NCBI GenBank assembly: GCA_035358035.1
Contig: DAOPOS010000001.1
Span: 37,189 to 101,188 of the forward strand
Length of the DNA: 64,000 nucleotides
Direction of reading: 5' to 3'
Source: Syntrophales bacterium
Lineage (GTDB): Bacteria > Desulfobacterota > Syntrophia > Syntrophales > UBA2251
Position numbers and translations under genes: made by a program. Numbering within the stretch: position 1 is the first letter of the stretch; every line of letters begins with the position of its first letter. Below the pieces are notes generated by a model, which worked only from the letters and a program-made list of their open reading frames with translations, was not told where the DNA came from and searched no databases. Below are positions 58,868-64,000 of this stretch, piece by piece.

Positions 58868-59536
58868 ATGGCCCCCGTGACCGTTTTCCCGAGGATCGCG
58901 ATCGCGCCGCCCCGGACGGCGATCTACCGGCGCCTCGGCTTCCGGTCGGCCTCCACCCGGCTGTCGGAGGGGCAGCGCCGGGAGACGGAGGCGGCGATCG
59001 ACGCGGCCGCCGACCTGATCCGCCTCGCGGGGGCGTCGCGCCGCCTGGCCGTGGTCGAACGGGGGCCCGACCGGATCGTGCTGGACGGCGGGGCGGTGCT
59101 GGCGAGCCGCCGGCTGGCCGACTTCCTGGGCGCAAGCCGGGAGGTCCTGCTGATGGGGGCGACGGCCGGGGAGGCGATCATGGCGGCGATCCGCGCGGAC
59201 ATGGCCGAGGGGCGCGCCACCCGCGGCGTCGTCCTGGACGCGACGGCGAGCGAAATGACGGACGCCGCCCTGGACTGGATCGCGGCCGTCGAAAACCGCG
59301 CCCTGCGCCGGGAGGGACGCGCCCTCCTGACGGCGCGGTATTCGGCCGGCTACGGCGACCTCGACCTCGAACACCAGACGGTCTTTCACCGCCTCCTCGA
59401 ACTGGACCGGCTGGGGGTCTCCCTCACACCGAGCCGGATCCTCCTCCCCGAGAAATCCGTCACGGCGATCACCGGCCTGCGGGAGATCGCCGTCGAAACG
59501 CCCCGCGACGCGGCAACCCGAAACGAGCCGGTTTGA
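58868..59536 (+). CDS. Stand-alone protein resembling the methionine synthase (MetH) activation domain
   Basis: RYSAGYGDLDLEHQTVFHRLLELDRLGVSLTPSRILLPEKSVTAITG resembles the SPGYG..L..Q..LF motif block of the B12-dependent MetH activation domain, from memory. Confidence 0.55.
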   Translation: MAPVTVFPRIAIAPPRTAIYRRLGFRSASTRLSEGQRRETEAAIDAAADLIRLAGASRRLAVVERGPDRIVLDGGAVLASRRLADFLGASREVLLMGATAGEAIMAAIRADMAEGRATRGVVLDATASEMTDAALDWIAAVENRALRREGRALLTARYSAGYGDLDLEHQTVFHRLLELDRLGVSLTPSRILLPEKSVTAITGLREIAVETPRDAATRNEPV

Positions 59537-59789
59537 GGGGTATGGGCCGATCCGCGTCGGATCATAGGGAGACAACGATCCTGTGAATCGTGTTTGAACG
59601 TTTCTTCCCATCATCTCGCTTTTTGCTATTTTCATCAGAATGCACTCTTTTTAACAGCATTCATGAGAGGCGATATCTATCTGTCAGACAAATTTCATAG
59701 GTTATGCCAACTTGGCTCAAGCGGCACATTTCCACAAAATCCCAGTAGTGTCAAAAGCGAATTTAGCCTGATATTTAAACACGTTATTC

Positions 59790-59818
59790 TTTGCATTCTA
59801 TTCAATTAAGCGTAATAT
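59790..59818 (+). promoter_or_regulatory. Sigma-70-like promoter candidate TTTGCA-N17-TAATAT for the islet genes
   Basis: Hexamers read directly in an AT-rich region, about 60 nt upstream of the ATG at 59879. Confidence 0.4.
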
Positions 59819-59878
59819 GATCGCCGAAAATCGAAAATACCACGCAGGCATATTCATTGTTGGGCCACACAGACGGAA

Positions 59879-60178
59879 ATGACCCAGATCATCCGCGACT
59901 ATAGACTGTTACTGGAACAGGCCATTTTAGAGGCCAGGAATGCTGGGCTTGGTGAAGAAGCCGAGCAGTTGCAGAGCGCCGTATCGGCCGCGTTCACCAC
60001 GTCTTCAGAGCTTATTTCTGAACAGGGTGAAGCCATCCTGCGCTTTGTCAAAGCCACGCGCGGACGATTACCGGTCGGGGTAAAAGTCAAGCTTGGTGCG
60101 TGCCTGGCAGAGATCGGCAGGACGTGGTCCCCATATCGCCGATTCCTGGTCTGGGTGTACAGGAAATGGGTCTTATAA
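59879..60178 (+). CDS. Orphan 99-aa helical protein with a Trp/Arg-rich C-terminus
   Basis: Track ORF. Its stop lies inside the AAGGGAGG SD of the next ORF. The tail is RTWSPYRRFLVWVYRKWVL. No family recognised. Confidence 0.55.
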   Translation: MTQIIRDYRLLLEQAILEARNAGLGEEAEQLQSAVSAAFTTSSELISEQGEAILRFVKATRGRLPVGVKVKLGACLAEIGRTWSPYRRFLVWVYRKWVL

Positions 60179-60190
60179 GGGAGGATGTTG

Positions 60191-60436
60191 ATGTCCATGC
60201 TTAACGCGTCAATCTCATGCCCAAAATGCCGGAACACGTTGTCGATCCCCCTGGCTCAAATGGCACCCGGAAATCGCTATCCTTGTAAAAATTGCGGCGA
60301 GGTTATGACGTTCGCCGGGCAGGACGCCAGCAAGATCGAGGAGATTGTCAACCAGTTGGGCACCCAATTTTCAGGCGTCTCGGTGAAGGTGAAAATAGAG
60401 AAGAAGCGGCCGTGGTGGAAATTCTGGAGGGCATAA
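60191..60436 (+). CDS. Orphan small zinc-ribbon protein with a Trp/Lys-rich C-terminus
   Basis: CPKC-x19-CKNC zinc ribbon. The tail is KKRPWWKFWRA. The ATG at 60191 lies 6 nt after AAGGGAGG; the track start is 60185. Confidence 0.6.
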   Translation: MSMLNASISCPKCRNTLSIPLAQMAPGNRYPCKNCGEVMTFAGQDASKIEEIVNQLGTQFSGVSVKVKIEKKRPWWKFWRA

Positions 60437-60609
60437 GGGCCTGACCGGGTCATGCACCAGATCGCCGCAACAGCTCGGCTCCTGGCGATGCCGGGCTTTA
60501 CAAGCTTTCAATCCGTAATATTTTGCCAAAATGGCGTGTCGTCCTTCACCCTGTGAAGGTGTAGCAAGTCAAAATCATTGGGGGTTCAGCCGCCATATCC
60601 ATTCAAAGA

Positions 60610-61506
60610 ATGAGGCACCTTCAAGTTGTCACCGGGAAGGACCTTTGCCCAATGCCATATCGTCATGCCAGCAATACAGCCTACGGAACATTATTCATGC
60701 GGGGGGTGCATCAGCTGCTGGACGATAAGCCTTTGATTCTGGATGATCCCGTTGCCCTTACACTGCTGGGAGAGGACACCGTCCGTCAGATCAAAAACAC
60801 CCGTGATCATCATCAGGCATTGGAAGCACGCGCATTGCGCACGCACGTTGTTGTACGTTCGCGTTTTACCGAAGACCGCCTGGCGGAAGCGGTCGGCCGG
60901 GGGATCAGGCAATATGTGATCCTGGGAGCGGGATTCGACACCTTCGCTTATAGACAACCCGTCTGGGCAAAAGAGCTAAAAATATTTGAAGTCGATCAGC
61001 CGGAAACCCAGGCTCTAAAAAGGTTGCAGTTGAAGCGGGCAGGCATTTCACCCCCGCCAAATCTTAGCTTTGTCAGTATCGACTTTGAGCATGAATCCTT
61101 AGGCGAGGGACTCCAGCGCAATCGCGTATCGTTTGCGGAACCGTCTTTCTTTTCCTGGCTGGGCGTTACCATGTATCTTAAAGAAAATGCCATTGATGCC
61201 GTGCTGCGAACCATCGCTCAATTTCCGAAAGAAAGCGAAGTCGTATTCACTTTCGCCAAGCCGCCGGATACCTTATCCGCCCATGAAAGAAGCATTCATG
61301 CCTCTTTATCCAAGATTGTCACCGGTGCTGGAGAACCATTTGTCAGTTTTTTTACCCACGCAACAATCGAAATAAAACTGCGCCAGGCAGGTTATAAGCA
61401 CATTGCGTTTCTCTCCAAGGAAGAAGCAGAAGAACGATACTTCTGTCAACGTTCATCGGATCTGTACATCCCCAGGCGTTCTACCATTGCCTGTGCATCG
61501 CTTTGA
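60610..61506 (+). CDS. Class I SAM-dependent O-methyltransferase (LCMT/TIGR00027-like family)
   Basis: VILGAGFDTFAYR, FEVDQPETQALK and FFSWLGVTMYL motifs. An alternative start exists at 60652. Confidence 0.8.
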   Translation: MRHLQVVTGKDLCPMPYRHASNTAYGTLFMRGVHQLLDDKPLILDDPVALTLLGEDTVRQIKNTRDHHQALEARALRTHVVVRSRFTEDRLAEAVGRGIRQYVILGAGFDTFAYRQPVWAKELKIFEVDQPETQALKRLQLKRAGISPPPNLSFVSIDFEHESLGEGLQRNRVSFAEPSFFSWLGVTMYLKENAIDAVLRTIAQFPKESEVVFTFAKPPDTLSAHERSIHASLSKIVTGAGEPFVSFFTHATIEIKLRQAGYKHIAFLSKEEAEERYFCQRSSDLYIPRRSTIACASL

Positions 61507-61587
61507 TAATATCGTCAAGGCGTTTCAAAATCAGGGGCGGGCGACGCCATCCTCGTCGGAGGGGCGCACCCATCGCGCCCGGCGATC

Positions 61588-62277
61588 TTACCCTGCGTCC
61601 TTTCCCTGCTCGGCGAGTGCCTCCAGACGGTCGCGGTCGAGCAGCCGGAGACGGGGGCCGTCCTCCTCCACCAGTCCCTTGCGCTTCAGGGTTCCCAACG
61701 CGCGGGACAGCGATTCCGGCCCCGTGCCCAGGAGGTTGGCGAGCCGCGCCTTGGAGAGGTTCAGCGCAACGACGTCCCGGTCCCCCTGCTCCCGGGAAAG
61801 GTGAAGCAGGTGGGCGGCCAGACGCCCCGGGATTTCCCGGAGCGACAGGTTCTCGACCTGGAGGGTGAACTCCCGGAGACGCATCGCGAGCAGGGCCAGC
61901 AGGTTCATCGTCAAGGACGGTTTGCCGGTGATCATCCGGACAAACCGTTGCCGTTCGAAGAACAGCAGGTGGCTCCGGGCGATCGCCCGGGCGTTGGCCG
62001 GGAACGATTTTCCGGAAAAGACGGGAACGGCGCCTAAGGTCTCGCCCTCCTTCACGATATGGAGGATCTGCTCTTTCCCGTCGGGGGAGAGCTTGTACAC
62101 GTTGACACTTCCCGAGGCGACGAGGTAAAATCCTATTCCCTCGTCTCCGTCGGCAAAGATGACCTCCCCCTGCTCGTAACGCCTGTCGACCGCGATCTTC
62201 TCGACCTCGGCGAGGTGCTCCTCGGGCAGCCCCCCGAACAGTTGGCTCTTCGTCAGGATGTCGCGTGTGTTTCGCAT
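61588..62277 (-). CDS. hcpR: Crp/Fnr-family transcription regulator, HcpR-like by context
   Basis: cNMP-binding fold plus a C-terminal HTH (SKARLANLLGTGPESLSRALGTLKRKG). It is divergent from hcp, with a TTGAC-N4-GTCAA box in between. Confidence 0.75.
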   Translation of the reverse strand: MRNTRDILTKSQLFGGLPEEHLAEVEKIAVDRRYEQGEVIFADGDEGIGFYLVASGSVNVYKLSPDGKEQILHIVKEGETLGAVPVFSGKSFPANARAIARSHLLFFERQRFVRMITGKPSLTMNLLALLAMRLREFTLQVENLSLREIPGRLAAHLLHLSREQGDRDVVALNLSKARLANLLGTGPESLSRALGTLKRKGLVEEDGPRLRLLDRDRLEALAEQGKDAG

Positions 62278-62313
62278 GGATGACGCCCTTTGAGGCGGAA
62301 CTATATCGGCTTC

Positions 62314-62327
62314 TTGACATAAGTCAA
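62314..62327. promoter_or_regulatory. Perfect Fnr/HcpR-type palindrome TTGACATAAGTCAA
   Basis: Read directly. Its centre lies about 73 nt upstream of the hcp ATG, and the box begins 37 nt upstream of the hcpR ATG. Confidence 0.7.
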
Positions 62328-62393
62328 GGACGCGCGTGGACGGTTCAAGTTATATGAACGCAAAAACATCGATTCGGAGAAAGGGGGTTTCAC

Positions 62394-64000
62394 ATGTTCT
62401 GCTTTCAGTGTCAGGAAACCGTGAAGAATGAAGGCTGCGGCGTCCGGGGGGTGTGCGGGAAGACGGAGGAAACCGCGAATCTGCAGGATTTGCTGATCCA
62501 TGTCCTGAAAGGGATCGCCCTCTATGCCGAGAAGGCCGGACAGAAGGGTTTGCTGGACCGCCGCTACGGGCGCTTTGTCACGGAGGCGCTATTCGCGACG
62601 ATCACCAACGTGAACTTCGACAACGACCGGATCACGGCGCTCATCCGCGAGGCGCTCGCCGTGCGGGACGCGCTGAAGGAGAGCTGCCGGGCGGACGCGC
62701 AGGACGTCCGGCACGATGCGGCCGTGTGGTTTTCCGACGATGCCGGTGAATTCGCGAAGAAGGCCGCCGAGGTCGGCATCCTGTCCATGGACGATGCGGA
62801 CGTCCGTTCGCTCAGCATGCTTCTGATCTACGGCCTCAAGGGCATCTCCGCCTACGCGGAGCACGCCGCCGTGCTGGGCTTCGAGGACGAAACGATTGAC
62901 CGCTTTCTCATGGAGGCGCTGGCGTCGACGACCCGGGATCTTAGCGTCGAGGACCGGGTCGCCCTGGTCATGCGCGCCGGGGAATGCGCCGTCCGCGTCA
63001 TGGCGCTTCTGGACAAGGCGAACACGACCACCTACGGGAACCCCGAGATGTCCCGGGTCCGGATCGGTGTCCGGGGCAACCCGGGCATCCTGATTTCCGG
63101 CCACGACCTGAAGGACCTGGAGGAGCTCCTGAAACAGACGGAGGGGACCGGCGTGGACGTCTACACGCACGGCGAGATGCTGCCGGCGAACAGCTATCCG
63201 GCGTTCAAAACCTACGCCCACTTCGCGGGCAATTACGGTAACGCCTGGTGGCGGCAGGCGGAGGAATTCGCGTCCTTCAACGGCCCGATCCTGATGACGA
63301 CCAACTGCCTCATCCCGGTCAAGGAGGCCTACCAGAACCGGATCTTCACCACGGGCGTCGTGGGCTACCCCGGGCTGAAACACATCTCCGACCGGCCCCG
63401 GGGCGGGAGGAAGGATTTCTCGGAAATCATCGCGCTGGCCAAGACGTGCGCGCCGCCGACGGAGATCGAGACCGGCGAACTGGTGACGGGCTTCGGCCAT
63501 CATCAGGTGCTGGCCCTGGCCGACCGGGTGGTGGACGCGGTGAAGTCGGGCGCCATCAAGCGCTTCATCGTCATGGCCGGCTGCGACGGCCGCCACAAGA
63601 CGCGCGGCTACTACACCGACGTCGCCCGCGCGCTTCCCCCGGACACGGTCATCCTGACGGCGGGCTGCGCCAAGTACCGCTACAACAAGCTGGCCCTGGG
63701 CGACATCGGCGGAATCCCCCGGGTGCTGGACGCCGGGCAGTGCAACGATTGCTACTCGCTGGCCGTGATCGCGCTGAAATTGAAGGAGGCCTTCGGGCTG
63801 AACGACATCAACGAACTGCCGATCTCCTTCGACATCGCCTGGTACGAGCAGAAGGCGGTGGCGGTGCTGCTGGCGCTGCTTCATCTGGGCGTGAAGGGCA
63901 TCCGCCTCGGCCCGACGCTGCCGGCGTTCGTATCGCCGAACGTCCTCAAGGTCCTGGTGGAAAATTTCAACATCCGGCCGATCACGGACGTGGGGACGGA
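62394..64000 (+). CDS. hcp: Hybrid cluster protein / hydroxylamine reductase (3' end outside window)
   Basis: It is not in the track because no stop falls in the window. The translation from 62394 is [23 protein letters not shown].., the canonical Hcp N-terminal Cys motif. The frame stays open to 64000. Confidence 0.9.
   Translation, partial: MFCFQCQETVKNEGCGVRGVCGKTEETANLQDLLIHVLKGIALYAEKAGQKGLLDRRYGRFVTEALFATITNVNFDNDRITALIREALAVRDALKESCRADAQDVRHDAAVWFSDDAGEFAKKAAEVGILSMDDADVRSLSMLLIYGLKGISAYAEHAAVLGFEDETIDRFLMEALASTTRDLSVEDRVALVMRAGECAVRVMALLDKANTTTYGNPEMSRVRIGVRGNPGILISGHDLKDLEELLKQTEGTGVDVYTHGEMLPANSYPAFKTYAHFAGNYGNAWWRQAEEFASFNGPILMTTNCLIPVKEAYQNRIFTTGVVGYPGLKHISDRPRGGRKDFSEIIALAKTCAPPTEIETGELVTGFGHHQVLALADRVVDAVKSGAIKRFIVMAGCDGRHKTRGYYTDVARALPPDTVILTAGCAKYRYNKLALGDIGGIPRVLDAGQCNDCYSLAVIALKLKEAFGLNDINELPISFDIAWYEQKAVAVLLALLHLGVKGIRLGPTLPAFVSPNVLKVLVENFNIRPITDVGT

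Larger units (their letters stand above)
59537..61530. other. Low-GC genomic islet (putative horizontally acquired insertion; no mobility genes)
   Basis: Hand counts of sample 60-nt lines give 22/60 GC in the left non-coding part and 30/60 in ORF A. The flanking genes are visibly much more GC-rich. The boundaries coincide with gene ends at 59536 and about 61530. Confidence 0.7.

Noticed and set aside
59537-59600. Possible att site, tRNA fragment or terminal repeat marking the islet boundary (hairpin GATCCG-CGT-CGGATC at ~59551-65; 'ttggctcaagcgg' near 59712)
   Set aside because: No matching repeat was found at the right boundary, and there is no tRNA-like cloverleaf or T-arm (GGTTCGAATCC-type) sequence. 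The hairpin may simply be a weak terminator for the upstream gene.
59594-59809. 71-aa plus-strand ORF in the AT-rich leader of the islet, and the 271-aa minus-strand ORF 58820..59635
   Set aside because: Neither has an SD. Both translations are odd, and the second is mostly antisense to a recognised gene. AT-rich non-coding DNA with a promoter candidate explains the region better.
60531-60728. 65-aa ORF overlapping the methyltransferase start region
   Set aside because: It is out of frame with, and overlapped by, the methyltransferase ORF, and has no SD or recognisable features.
1-64000. Window-wide look for rRNA, tRNA, CRISPR arrays, IS elements, integrases and prophage genes
   Set aside because: None were recognised by eye. 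All intergenic regions longer than 150 nt were read and contain only promoters, leaders or palindromes as listed. A tRNAscan, Infernal or ISfinder run would be needed to be certain.

Overview
A 64-kb, GC-rich chromosomal segment with dense, mostly housekeeping coding. No rRNA, tRNA, CRISPR array, transposase or integrase was found. The gene content suggests a Desulfobacterota/Deltaproteobacteria-like anaerobe; this is inference from hcpR-hcp, an AbfD-like dehydratase, a reverse rubrerythrin, an anSME-like radical-SAM enzyme and a sigma-54 promoter. Recognisable blocks, in order: MFS transporters; a tandem-domain ThyX; an M24 peptidase; a reverse rubrerythrin; a GGDEF cyclase; a TolC/MacA/MacB-type exporter followed by a 28-codon ORF and a SPASM radical-SAM enzyme; plsC; a three-gene Fe-S/flavin/AbfD-like redox operon; feoAB; a transglutaminase-like protein with a Pro-rich tandem repeat; mtnA; gatCAB; tatA-tatC-PBP1A; ilvBNCD; an SBP plus hybrid histidine kinase pair; leuACDB plus an HD-domain gene; an AidB-like acyl-CoA dehydrogenase; a low-GC three-gene islet; and divergent hcpR-hcp. 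Most interesting observations: (1) the exporter + 28-aa K/R/W-rich peptide + SPASM enzyme arrangement at 11.9-18.2 kb has the same parts list as darobactin/triceptide-type RiPP loci and may be an undescribed cyclophane peptide system; (2) a ~2-kb low-GC islet at 59.5-61.5 kb encodes two small orphan proteins with Trp-rich basic tails plus a methyltransferase; (3) Val-rich and Leu-rich leader peptides with intrinsic terminators lie upstream of ilvB and leuA; (4) a consensus sigma-54 promoter drives the exporter; (5) a perfect TTGAC-N4-GTCAA box sits between hcpR and hcp. All calls come from reading translations and motifs by eye; no searches were run. Start codons are best guesses, and many long antisense ORFs in the track are GC-driven artefacts.
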